Shown here: positions 33,189-45,205 of the stretch, one piece after another
Layout of the letters: each line of letters starts with the position of its first letter
How positions within the stretch are numbered: position 1 is the first letter of the stretch
DNA from: Phoronis australis
Lineage: Eukaryota; Animalia; Phoronida
Length of the DNA: 51,628 nt
Direction: 5' to 3'
Assembly (NCBI GenBank): GCA_002633005.1
Contig: NMRA01001128.1
Location: 1 to 51,628, forward strand
Notes under the pieces: generated by a model
Databases searched by the model: none
Told to the model about the DNA's origin: nothing
Seen by the model: only the letters and a program-made list of their open reading frames with translations
Translations under genes and position numbers: made by a program

Positions 33189-35940
33189 CTGCAAAAATAA
33201 GAATATTCAGAATTAGAACATATATTTTCCTGTGCTTAGCGTGTGTGTGCTGTTAGGGTACATTCTCGAGATCTCGCATGATGCAGTAGACTGACCAAAC
33301 GAGTGTCGATAATTATTATAACCATCTCCAACAACTACTTCAAATTCAGTCTGAGCAGAGACACCCAATATCGTCATCATTGCATTTCGTGACGAATCAC
33401 GTCGTAGCCACGCTTTTACCGCTTTCCATAAACATTTTCTAAAGTATAAGAATTTTGATTTTGATACACCTTCTTTGTGAATTCTGAGATTGGAAACAGC
33501 TGAAAGTTCACTGTTGCTTGAGACCGGCCTCCCGTTCAGTAAGTCTAGTAGCTCGCTAAAAAGCAAGACTTCGCGAGATTACGTGAGATATTCTCGTGTT
33601 TTTTAAATGAGAATCCGTGACTTTCGCTTGGTTCCAGCTAGGTGTTAGCGCAGGTCCTTAAAAATTTGGATTGTGACGGCGGATGCTGTAGTATCGAGCC
33701 ATAAACACGTTCATTTTTGTCAAATGACTAGTAATGCTTCTAACACTTGAACATCTGCAGGTGCCCCGTTTAGGCCTTCCCTGGGAGCGGAACGGACCCT
33801 GCTTACTTCGGCGATTGCTAATAATACCGCTTGGACATCCTGTCAGAGATTTGTTACAAACAAAATAATAATATTCTTGTTTGAGTCTACACAAGTGACT
33901 CCTGATGAATCTCACAATTCCAATCAATGGTTGCTGTTGACATGGATTTTGAATACAAACCGTATTCATCTAGTTCACCTCAATAAACGGGTACAGGTAA
34001 TGTTCATATGAGACAAAACTTGATAAATAAAAATAATTTGGTACAGGTGTAACAAAAATGTAGCAGACAGACTTTCAAATGTGAATTTGATACTAGAAGC
34101 TACTTGGAACAGAAAATACTAAATTATTTTGTATGAAAAAATCTCTCAAGCTCTCCATTTTATCGAATACCCAATGCATGCTTTACACTGCTGAGGTGAG
34201 GGCAAAGTGCACTTATCCACTGACAACTGTAAAACAGTCTGACATTTTTCGCAAAATATACGGAGTAAAATTCTAGTCAACATTCAATAATGAAAGGAGT
34301 GAGAAGACAACAAACACACCACAACAAGGAGTTACTTAGTCTGCTTTCTTCAAAGTCGTTCGATATCATCATGTAAGGGTACTTCGGGAAAATGTAACCG
34401 TGACAAATTATAATGAACACATGCTTCCACAACAGGCACTCGTTAATTATTTCGTTAATTCGCATTGTTACCGTTTATCTTTAAAAAGATAAAACACGAT
34501 AACACTGCCAATTAATAAGAGCACAGCGAGGTGAAAATGCGCGTTTTCCATGGTCATCTGGTAAACTGCTCTTAGACGTCCAAAATGGTTTACAAAGAGT
34601 GTGTGGAGTCTCTAAAAGAGACTACAAATGTAACATTCCCCGAAACGGTGAAGATCACTGTACGTAGGAGATTGAATAATTTAATGTTCTCCATACCAAA
34701 TTAAGAATTGTGATATTCTTAGTCACATTTCCCGACTTTTACTGCAAGATTAACGGTAGTAGGGTATCAGAGATATTGCACGGTTGTATCATCAGAGGCG
34801 GATCCAGGATTTTGAGTTAGTCGCAGCAGGTGTGAGTAGTTGCCAGGATATTGCCTGTCAGACAATCGCACCCCTGAACTGCCAAATGGAATATGGGAAA
34901 ATTTTAGGGGGATGGACCCCTTGTCCCCCTGTAAATCCGCCACTAAACATCACGTATTTATAGACCTTGCTACGCGCCATTCAGAGGAGGCTGACATTCT
35001 TAAGCTGCTATTAAGTGATTACCCGACTCTCCACTGCAGTTCTGAAATCAACAGGTATGCCCAATGGTGTTCGGCAGCAGGGAAAAGGGAGATAACTCTA
35101 CTGAAGAGGGCGAATTGGTGTCGCAGTACTCACATAACACGCTACACGCCTGCAGGAAAAAGTGAAAAATTGTGCTTCGTGTAAAGCTCAAGCCCGTTCC
35201 TGAACACGCATTTTTAAACTATTATTCGATACACTCGTTGTAGAATTCCTTGAGACGTTCTAAACCCCGTTCTCTCCTCCCATCGCCCTTCTCACGTTTG
35301 CCCCCTTACCACCTGAAGCCTCTATACACAGTCCGTCTTCCAATTGCATAATATGTCTTATCTACTCTGCCTTTTTTGTTGCACCCTTGTGGGCGCACCA
35401 TAATGTATACTGAGCGCCACAACTACAACTGTTTGCTGGAAAACTGGTTCTGTCGTTCGAGCGAACACCATGCTTGACTTAACGCGCACTCCTGAATGGC
35501 TTATTTTTTTCTTTTAATACGCTCTTGGCGTCGGAGAAAATTAATTTCGGTACCTAAAATGATGTGACGTTCAACTCACCCACGCCCAGTATCCCAGCAA
35601 CGAAAGCATGGACTGCAATTATTACAACCATAAGGTATATTGAAGAAGGTAGCGGGATCACAGCGGTAGTGATTCCTAACAGGACCAAATTCAATGCCAT
35701 CAGAAGGGTGCTGTCCATTTCCAAGAAAAAATTCGTTGCAACAGTTCCGGTAAACAGCCCCAGAGACCACAGAAGAAGAACAGTTGATGCTTGAGAGGTT
35801 GCCGAGTTGGTAATTTGCAAAAGATCAGGTAACGCAGAACCTATTGTCACCAAAGCCATGGCCTGAAATGATAAAATTAACGGACAAATAAAATGTCTAC
35901 ACCTACCAGTAGTACGTACGGAAACTTGATTTTGGGCCAT
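32161..35940 (-). CDS. MFS transporter, MFSD4/sodium-dependent glucose transporter 1-like; join(35940-35580,33188-32161), 462 aa
   Basis: The phase-1 intron G|gtgagt ... tttttgcag|GG joins ORFs 35554..35940 and 32161..33171 in frame. The protein is hydrophobic and multi-TM, with IGSALPDL and LLQA..F..FGPFVGALIVRPF motifs typical of the MFSD4/FucP-like group. Confidence 0.85.
34793..34945. mobile_element. MITE family B copy in the MFS intron
   Basis: cagaggcggat...atccgccacta TIR; inverted homologue of 948-1103. Confidence 0.75.
35580..35940 (-). CDS. MFS transporter coding exon 1
   Basis: ATG at 35940; about four TM-like segments; donor gtgagt at 35579. Confidence 0.82.
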
Positions 35941-36907
35941 TACACATCCCGCGAAGACTTGATTACGAACCTAATTCAGCTGTCTGAAATACGATGACAC
36001 GAGTCGAGACATTAACAGAAATAGAATACAGGCGATGGCGCTGCGTGTTCGTTCACACCATGGTGGCGTAGATTCGGAAGCTAATATCAACATGAAACGC
36101 TTAAAATTTGGTTTTTGAATAGTATATTAAACAGGGCATGATTTGGAATTCCCTTGTCCTTGAGCTGTAGGAGAACATTTCTCGATTACTTACATTTTGT
36201 GGGAAGTACCCAAAACGTGCCAAGAGTGGCGTAGATGAAGGAATATCCCACGAAACTTTCCGCGTATACGCAGAATAAAATCGAGTTTTTGGTGCTTATT
36301 GCTTAAGTTTCACATTGAAACAGGAGCAAGTGTAACCGGCCGAGGATGAAAGAATATGTGGAATATATGCAGTACTAGTCAAATTGTAAACGAGATATAT
36401 TTTATGTGTTACTGCCCTGTCCATTGGTTGTGCATTATAAGGCGCAGTAAATAACAGCATTAGCCAATCTCAAACAGAGTTACGCATTTCTGGTAACCCA
36501 GTTAGGTGCAGATTATACATCTACCGAGAGCACATGAGTAACAAAACCATTGGCTGAGAGACAAAAAGTGCCACTAAAGCTGTTTCGCCGCTTGCGCTAT
36601 AGTTATGGAAGTCGTTGATCGCAAATCTGATCATGACAGTGAAGTTTTACTTGCATGCATAATATGCGTCAGAGTATATTTAGCTGTGTTTCTGGAAAAT
36701 GACAAAATAGTTTAGGGTTTATAAACACTCAACAATTAAAATCAGCCAATTGTAGTAGCTAGAGACAGGAAAACATGTTGTATTTATTTTAAAATTAATA
36801 AATTCGTGGTCAAAGGGCATAATTTGAGAATACATTTTGATAAATCTGGTTTGCGTTGAAATTATTTTCGTGCTGATGTTAACGAAAATGAAACAGAAGG
36901 AATGCCG

Positions 36908-37035
36908 TTAAATTGTCTGCTAGCAGCGTGACCTCATTTGAATTGTCTGTTAGCAGCGTGACCTCATTTAAATTGTCTGCTAGCAGCGTGACCTCATTTG
37001 AATAGTCTGTTAGCAGTTTGACCTCACTTAAATTG
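36908..37035 (+). repeat. 30-bp minisatellite (about 4 copies, alternating as a 60-bp dimer)
   Basis: tt(a/g)aattgtctg(c/t)tagcagcgtgacctcat repeated. Confidence 0.9.
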
Positions 37036-37353
37036 CTTTTGGTCTAAGTAAATGTAAGGCAACATTTCAGATTAACACCTGGATGGTAGTAATAACTGGG
37101 CGAACGGACGCACGTTGGAGAAGAACTCATTCCACTTGTGACATTCATGTTGTTTTCGAGAATAATTCCAATCATTTCGGCGCACGAAAATGTTAGTTTG
37201 AATCACCATATACGTAATATATTTTATTTGTTTCGTACGGCATAAGGTACCAGAGGCGTGACCAACTGTCAAGAGTAGACTGACATTGTTTTTTTGTGAG
37301 TTTTATTTACTTGTTCTATTTGTTTACTAGCAGATAGTAGTGATTATGTAATT

Positions 37354-37430
37354 TGAATACTAGAGAACATTCTAGAATATTCCAGTATGCTAGGTATTAT
37401 ATAGATATCTAATCTGGAACATTCTAGAGC
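37354..37430. promoter_or_regulatory. Heat-shock element cluster
   Basis: aGAAc-aTTCt-aGAAt-aTTCc (37364-37383, four perfect alternating pentamers) and gGAAc-aTTCt-aGAGc (37416-37430); a TATA-like tttataaaa follows at ~37441. Confidence 0.6.
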
Positions 37431-39005
37431 ATAGCATATATTTATAAAATGGTTGAATAGGTTTCGAAAAGTTCTAGATTGTGCTGAAATGTTTCCGAAC
37501 ATTGCAAGAGACTATACATATCCTGGCACGGTCAATTGAAAGTCAGTTTAAATTTAAGTTGAAGTTGAGTTACGCTGCAGTTACAGATTCAACAGTTGTA
37601 GCGTTCTTCAATAGAGAGCAAGCTGCATGTAGAAACAGCAGGTCATTGAATCCTGGATTTTAAAAGTTGCTGGAAATGACCGAGGAGTTGTGTGTTTTCA
37701 CGACTTATGAAACCTCTATAAATATCAATTGCAGTGTCATTCTTTATTAACAGACACCTAATTTTCTTGTTTGAACTATGGTCTATTCCACGTCTGATTC
37801 ATAGAACTAGCGAATTTCCAATGTAAAATTTCACAGAAATGAGCAGGTAATCGCGGGGACTATTTCCAATATTACTATGATTTGTTACACAACAAAGATT
37901 AAAATATAAAGCCCCCCCCCCCGCAAATACTACTTACTCGTGTGCAGGTACCAAGAAAGCAGGTGAAAATCAGGAAGATGTCCAGTCTACTATATCCACG
38001 AGAGATGTCACCATCTTCACTATTGGCGGAATGATTTTCTTGATCTGGTGAAGAACACATCTACCTAGCCTGAAAGCTAAGCCAAAAGTATTCATTACAA
38101 CCAAACTTCGCCATTCTCCGATTCAAACAATGTGCATGAAAGCATTAGTCCCCTAGGTGAAATATTGCAGAAATTCAAAGTGTGCGCGGAACACGAGTCA
38201 TCAGCAGACAGGTTACGTAAGGTTGTCCTCAAATGATTCCTCCGAGGCTGTATCAATTGCACTGGCAACAGCTTCATGTTATTGTTTGTGAGCCATGTGT
38301 TTTTGGACAGTCTAGTGTTGGACTCGGACTTAAATTCAGTACAAGTTGTAACTTTTCTATTCAGGGGTCAGTTTTGATGAATGATTTCAGTACCTTCACG
38401 TTTTGGTGGCGCTGAAAAACTGATTGTCGTGCATTGTTGTTTAGGACACAGTGCCTCGTTTTAGTATCAATTGTAACGCAAACGTGAAAGCGCGCGTGTT
38501 CCAAACATGCAGCACTAAATGTAGATTGGACACAGCACCTCGTTTTCAAGCATAATGGCGAATTCGTGCAAAATGTGTATTATGGAATTTTGTTTACAGT
38601 AAATTCTCCAAACGATAACTCTAAAATGGGTAGAAATAATTGCTTGTTTCAGTGAAGGCAGGCAAGGTTGATTCGCAACATGAGCCAACAAACCCCTAGA
38701 GGAAGTCCACGCTCAGCTTGATGCTGTCTCGACTTTCACAACAAGTAAATAATTGAGATTTGCGCGAGATTAAAAAGGACTTGGTCTACTAGTTGAGTTT
38801 TCGAATTTGCTATTTGCCGCTTAATGCATTCGTTGAAGACACAACTGTACTGTTTGTTTGACACCTTATTACAGATTCTCTCATAGTCTCTAAACAGTGT
38901 CCTATCTTCAGGCGTGCAGCTAGTAGCAAAACAACGAGAGGCGTCTGTAACAGAAAAAAATATGGTGGCTGTAAAAGGACGCCACTGCAACTTTTTCTCC
39001 GTTTC

Positions 39006-39414
39006 TAACTCTATCGAGAGACTTATTAACTCTATCGATAGACTTACTATCTCTAGCGATAGACTAATTAACTCTATTGATAGAGTTACTGTCTCTATCG
39101 ATAGAGTTATTTACTATATCGACAGACTTATACTATCTCTATCGCCAGAGTTATTAACTCTATCGATAGACTTATACTAACTCTATCGGTAGACTTATTA
39201 ACTCTATCGATAGACTTACTAACCCTGTCGATAGACTTACTAACCCTGTCGATAGACTCACTAACTCTATCGTTGGACTTATTTACTCTGTCGATAGACT
39301 TTCTAACTCTATCGATGGACTTGTTAACTTTATCGAAAGACTTGTTATCTCTATCGATAGGTTTACATGTACTATCTCTATCGATAGATTTGTTAAGTCT
39401 ATTGACAGAGTTAC
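39006..39414 (+). repeat. Tandem array of 21-bp unit TAACTCTATCGATAGACTTA(T/C), about 19 copies
   Basis: Directly visible; palindromic core CTATCGATAG. Confidence 0.95.
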
Positions 39415-39415
39415 G

Positions 39416-39675
39416 ATGTTGGTTTCAAATTAAAACAAGCATATTGTCGATTTATTCAAGCCAGGACTGACTCAAAATGAAATAATAAAGGTATTCATTC
39501 GTCGTTTTGGAGCGTCACTACGCACAAGGCAATCGCGACGTGTTCTTTGGCAACTTATGGGTTTCTGCTCCGTAAAGTACGTGTGATTTTGATGAAATGC
39601 TTCGTTTTGTTGAAGAACACGTTGCGGGTTCAGGTCAGATGCACGGTTATAGATATATGCATTGGAAGTTAATAG
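39416..39675 (+). pseudogene. N-terminal remnant of an IS3EU-type (integrase-core) transposase
   Basis: IVDLFKPGLTQNEIIKVFIRRFGASLRTRQSRRVL, then after a frameshift DFDEMLRFVEEHVAGSGQMHGYRYMHWKL. This matches the HTH plus SG..HGYR.MH.K signature I recognise from this family. Confidence 0.62.
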
Positions 39676-40355
39676 CATGTATATACATGCATAACCCAAG
39701 AAATCATCTATACCAATTCAAAAACGAACTACTTAAATCCATCTCACGCCTATCTTGCTTACAGTTACAGTCACACTCAATATGTAATTTCAACTAAAGA
39801 ATACGCAACACAACAAATCAACTTATACGTTACAAAACCTTTGAAAAAACAATTTCAACAGTTCAGCAGTCTCTTCAGTGCCTACATATGAGTTTCTGCG
39901 CCACAGCAAAAGCCAGCATACTGTCAAATTTGAAATCAAAAGTGAAACAACATTTTAGACAATTTTGTAAACGTATTAGCAGTGACTGACTCTGAAAACT
40001 AGCTCATCCGTATCTTGTTTTCCCAGATATACTGACAAACCCAGAACGAACTTTTAAACCATAGAATTTCGAGGTATAAAAATGGTCGTCAGTTTCGAGG
40101 TCCAACGGAAAATATAGGGTCTGTGCGCTCCGGGATAATGGCTGATAAAGCCAAAACGAATTTGCCGTGTGTAAATCTGTATTGTACGCCGATCTTGTGA
40201 CCAGTGATTATTCTTCCGTAGCACCCCCTGTTGGAGGTAAGACAGATTAGAACATCATGGGATTCATACAAGATCATCTAACTGTTTAAATAACCATTGC
40301 GCCTATTGCTGTGCCTATGTTGTGGGTCATGAAACATCGCATTAGTCCCAATCAC

Positions 40356-40528
40356 ATCGATAGAGTTACTAAATAGAGATAGTAAGTCTATCGATAGAGT
40401 TAATAAGTCTATCGATAGAGATAGTATGTATATCGATAGAGTTAATAAGTCTATCGATAGAGATAGTATGTATATCGATATAGTTAATAAGTCTATCGAT
40501 AGAGTTAGTAAGTCTTTCGATAGAGTTA
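40356..40528 (-). repeat. Inverted tandem array of the same 21-bp unit, about 8 copies
   Basis: ATAAGTCTATCGATAGAGTTA units, the reverse complement of the left array. Confidence 0.95.
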
Positions 40529-40989
40529 CCACGTTCGCCAAGATTATCCGACTTACTTACATGCTTGTAGGGCTACCGCAGTCACGCTCATTCGGTATGA
40601 CACTGGTCAGCTTCCGCACGAGGTCATCTTACATATAATATTGTTCCAAAGCCCAGCCTTGTTTTCGTACAAAAGTTTAGGAAAAAAATAAAGCAAACCA
40701 CCCAGGCGTTTCACAATTGTCACCGAACGTCCCGCAAACAAACTTACAATAAAAGTAAGCTATAAGCCGTCTGTCAACACAAAAACGTTGCGCATCAATG
40801 AAGTACTTTGAATACAATCTTTTTTTCTTTTGAAGGGCAGATACCTCAATGACAAATGCTTCATAGGTCAAAATATCCAGTCGCGATGCCAACGGTGCAG
40901 TCTACCGTACTTTGTAACTCGCCACAACTACATGTATGACTGTTAGTGTTATGCCGTGGGTATTTCATCAGCAACGGTATAAATTTAAA

Positions 40990-41790
40990 AAGTCCTTGTC
41001 TCAAAGAATATTTTAGTTCAAGTAACATGGTATAATGCTTGTTTCCTTTCTGTTATCAAACTTTTTGAGCACAGTACTGTACCTCGGTCGAGATCTTTCC
41101 ATGACCTGCACGTGCATCGGTTAAGGAACGATTCCTGAATGACGGTCATGTTGTCCTTGGAAACGTATTGATGTCACCGTGAGAGTAATAGCGTTGCTTG
41201 GTTGTTTCTGATTCTCGATTTGATTGTTTTTATGCAAATTTGATTATTTATTGTCCAAACTCCATCTGCTTTTTGCATGTGACGAGCATTCATACTTTGC
41301 GGATACGTCGCATCTCCCGCTGCCAACATTACTGAGTCAGCCCTCGCTGATCGCAAGGGTACGTCAAGTTTCAGCAAAGGTATCCGTTCAGGTAATAAAC
41401 TATAGAGGAAACACCTTTCTAGATCATCCAATGCCTTATCTTTATCGCCATATCGTGAAACTGATGCAAGGTAGCCTACCAGCCTTAGCAAATTGCCGTT
41501 TGACTACCTGCACGTGTGATCGTATTTCTGCGTACTTGGCAGTTAATCGGCAGCGGCTTTACTGGCCGTTAAAACTGTAAAATTGAAAAAAAACTGCCAT
41601 ACACGGCGAGCATTCAACAAACAAAAACAAGTTTTGTCTCAAAACTGAGCTTCTCTCCTGAATTGCAATAACGCGGACCTGTGATGCCCGACACGACAAT
41701 CAGCGAAGTAATTCCCCGGCAGTTGCCGTGACACTTCGACAGGAAAATAACCACTTGCTAAATTCAGGCTTATAGCCCACTCGCCATAGC
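40990..41790 (-). repeat. Old dispersed repeat, possibly a Gypsy RT relic; diverged homologue at about 50140-50535
   Basis: Shared blocks such as tttatcgccatatcgtgaaactgatgc and caggaaaataa.cacttgctaaatt; minus-strand ISLNLASGYFPVEV and FCLLNA resemble RT motifs. Confidence 0.45.
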
Positions 41791-42829
41791 CGCCCTTGTT
41801 GGTCGTTTTTATAGGACTGTGCCAGTCCGTAATTATGTGAAAGTCTCTAAAACTCAGTATCTTTGTATACGGCACAGAGGTTTTGAACCATTTATTCCGA
41901 TAAAACAGCCGGCGATCCCATGCGTTTGCCTTTCACCAGTGTCAGAAGTGGTCTCGATCCACACTGGGTCACTGACAGCAGGCCCGAGTCAGGCAACTTA
42001 CAATTTCTGCCAAAATTTATTTGCCACATTTCGTTGACAATTTCGATACAAACTTTCTCTATTTTGGTTTTATTAACGTTATAAGAACCGTTGTAGATTA
42101 CTTTATCCCGATTTGCAAGCAGGTAACACACAATGCTTCAGTCGCACAATCGGCTGGCATGCGTTCAGTAACGCTAGGACTTACATGTAGCTAAAATCAA
42201 GCCAAAGTCACGTGTTCTCATTTAAAATACATGGCTGTATCTCACATAATCTCGTGAAGTCTTGCACATTTTCTGGAGACACCATTATTTCAATCAAGTG
42301 TGCGATTGTTTTTCTATGTAATTAATCAGTTGAGGCAACGAATTGTTCACCGTGTGACTGTGATTGTAGGAGAATGCGCCTCAAGTGAGTGAGCCATAGT
42401 ACTGGGTTATAAATTGTGCACCGCAATTTTGCTGCTGTTTTGTGTCAGGATAGCAAAGTGCGTTTGAACACGGTAGTTTTCGTTAATTAATAGATTAGAG
42501 CAGGTGAATAACTTATTAATAGATTCTCCAATAACATTTTCCTTTTGTTTATTTTACTAATACTTTTAATCCTGCACGACCCATTGTGACCCTCGCCCGT
42601 TTCCGCTTGTCTCCATCTCTCCCTCTTGGCTCTTTCTTTCCCCTCCCTTTCCCTTTCCCCTCCCTATCTTCATCTCCACGTCATAACATATAAACACACA
42701 ATTTTACTGTGTATTGTTAAACCAGACAGGTATATGATGCGGGTGTTCAAAGACAAATTCGGTAAAACCTGAAATACATGTTTGAAATCAAACACTAGAA
42801 ATTCAGAATCGATGTTTTTTAAGCTGACA

Positions 42830-44350
42830 ATTGTGAATCACGGGTCAGTTTTCGATTGCACGCAATTGTTTAAGCACATGTATGTGTACACCGAAATGTC
42901 GAAACAATACAATTGAAAAATCTGAATTCTGTCCAAATTAACAACTTCCAGTAATAGTGTGTTTGATGAGAATTCTATTCGTCCAATTGTTGTCTATTCT
43001 AACGGCATCAAATATCCGCCACTCGTTTGCTATATTTTAACAGACATAGGTCCTTCCGCACTCACACTGGCGCTGGTTGTCTGCATGACTGTGCGTCTTT
43101 GCTTGCCCATTGTCGCGTCTAGTTCCAGTACTTCCATGGTCTTGATCACGTACAGCGGAACTTTTTTATCTCGTGGACCGTTTTTAGGAAGGTCGTTGGA
43201 GTTGGAGTAGTTATCTATAATTAACAAACGGCGAATTGTAAGATTCGTGTGCATATGTATTTGAACTTATGACGTATTGTTGTGCATTTATCGACGGCCT
43301 ATCTGCACTCCATCTGATAGACTCTGTTACACGCGTGTATTCCGAAGAGGCACGAATTTCGCGAAAACGCAATAACAGGCAAAGCGTCGCAAAATATCGC
43401 CATGCATTTCAAGTGAAGCACCTGATCACATTAACTTCCATAGAGAAATTCTTGCATCTGCAAAACACTACCCAGGATAAAATGCGAGGATATATGCTCT
43501 TGAATACATGGCGTTCTTCCAACATAGACCAGCAGCCCAAAGCACTTAGCATAGATGACCAATGTACCTACATCTTCGGTCTCTGTCGATACGCGGAATA
43601 AGGTCGAGTGGGATATTACATGTACTTCATGTACGCCAATCGAGGTACGTTTTGTATTTATCCCATGCGCTTCGAATCCCTAACTTTCTTACATTTTTTC
43701 GGCAGATTTTTCAAATACTTCACCAAGACTGTTCACATGGCGGATCAAATCCTATATGGATGTACTTTCGCGTTAGGTTGCAAGTTTTCTCTTGTAAAAG
43801 AAACAGTTTTAGAAGTAACTATTTATTTCTTGAAAAGAGGTAGCAAAGAGGAAAACAACGGCAACTTTGCAGTGAACTTGTAACAACTCCCGGAAATAGC
43901 TAAAAACAACAATATTTGACATTTTAATTTCCTAGGAATCGGCGCTTGAGTTGCAGACGATATAGTATTCTGCAACTGAAAACTGAGACAAAAGTGTCTT
44001 ATAATTAACAGTTCTGTTCCATATTTTACATTTAGGGCCTGGTTGCATGTCGAGTGTTAGTTACACTGTTGCAACTGTATTACTTTAAACTATATTCAGA
44101 AAATTTGATGATCGAACTGGCTGAAGACGGCGAGTCCATATTGACCTACCTTTTGCACTTTCCATGTCAGAGGTCGTTGTTTTGGTAGTCCAAAGGTGAA
44201 TACGGAAAACTTTATTTCATGGCCGTATTTCCCTTGACAGATTCAACGCGCGTGGGCTAATTTGCCCAGACTTACCGCTCGATTAGAAAAAGAGAAGAGG
44301 AAAACTAGCAGGTGAAGCATTCAAGACAAGATGAGAACAAAAATGGTTAT
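42830..44350 (+). pseudogene. Decayed hAT (Ac/ZBED-like) transposase
   Basis: Ordered motif echoes: CAYVFEL (C.AH.LNL), LIDSVTRVYS (TRWNS), SIEKFL..NTT, FCIYPMRFESLTFL (LDPRFK.L.FL), LFW*SK..YGKLYFMA (dimerisation domain start). Confidence 0.45.
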
Positions 44351-44894
44351 TTGTGCTACGAGCAGTTGACATAAGGGACTCTTGACATCAATATTGTTTT
44401 CTCATATTATCTGCTAAGGAGTTACTCGCGTTGGGTAGGTAGACTTACGACATTATTTCTCGTGCTCATGCACCCACCCAGGGGTGACTTGGGGGCTCTA
44501 CTGTACAAGTAGAAAACGAGACGAATGTCCACTAAAAAGGCACGAACTAATAAAATTCGGCGAATGCACATTTCATAGCTCTGAACGTACCCCGTGATTT
44601 TTTTGGTAAAAGGTGAACATTCTCAAAAATTTTAGGCTGGGTGCGCCCAAGGGGCTATTATTTCAGTGCTAGTCATTTCTACACTGGCATTACTATGTGA
44701 GCTGCCAGTTCACAGCATGACGCCAGTCGTTTTTGGGCGCTGAGTGCTTGGTCACGGTGTCTGGGACGGCCTATTCATTCCATGCTCTCCTGGCGTGATT
44801 TAACTGCTCGGAGATGTGTAGTTTGACTGACCTTTACTGTCAATATCCTGTTAAGCAGCTTGGTGTTGTCAAAACAATGTTATCCTAATATGGC

Positions 44895-45205
44895 TTATTA
44901 CTCTGCGCGTGTAAGCGCAGAGTACTGTTGTTCCTGGGTTTTCTTCAATTTTATTCTTATTACTCTGCGCGTGTAAGCGCAGAGTACCGTTGTTCCTGGG
45001 TTTTCTTCAATTTTATTCTTATTCTTATTCTTATTCTTCTTATTACTCTGCGCGTGTAAGCGCAGAGTACTGTTGTTCCTGGGTTTTCTTCAATTTTATT
45101 CTTATTCTTATTCTTATTCTTATTACTCTGCGCGTGTAAGCGCAGAGTACTGTTGTTCCTGGGTTTTCTTCAATTTTATTCTTATTCTTCTTCTTATTCT
45201 TCTTC
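44895..45205 (+). repeat. Four tandem copies of the HINE 5' head
   Basis: Units start at 44895, 44957, 45040 and 45120; they differ mainly in microsatellite length. Confidence 0.92.

Larger units (their letters stand above)
38961..40580 (+). mobile_element. IS3EU-like DNA transposon deletion derivative with inverted subterminal 21-bp arrays
   Basis: Degenerate termini TATGGTGGCTGTAAAAG and (reverse complement) TGCGGTAGCCCTACAAG; inverted arrays at 39006-39414 and 40356-40528; internal transposase N-terminal remnant. No TSD recognisable. Confidence 0.6.

Noticed and set aside
39006-39414. CRISPR array
   Set aside because: The units are contiguous with no unique spacers, there are no cas genes, and the context is eukaryotic.
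38914-40638. Heptad-repeat ORFs (SIDRLIN / LSIDLLT) as coiled-coil proteins
   Set aside because: They are translations of the 21-bp DNA repeat in several frames and on both strands.
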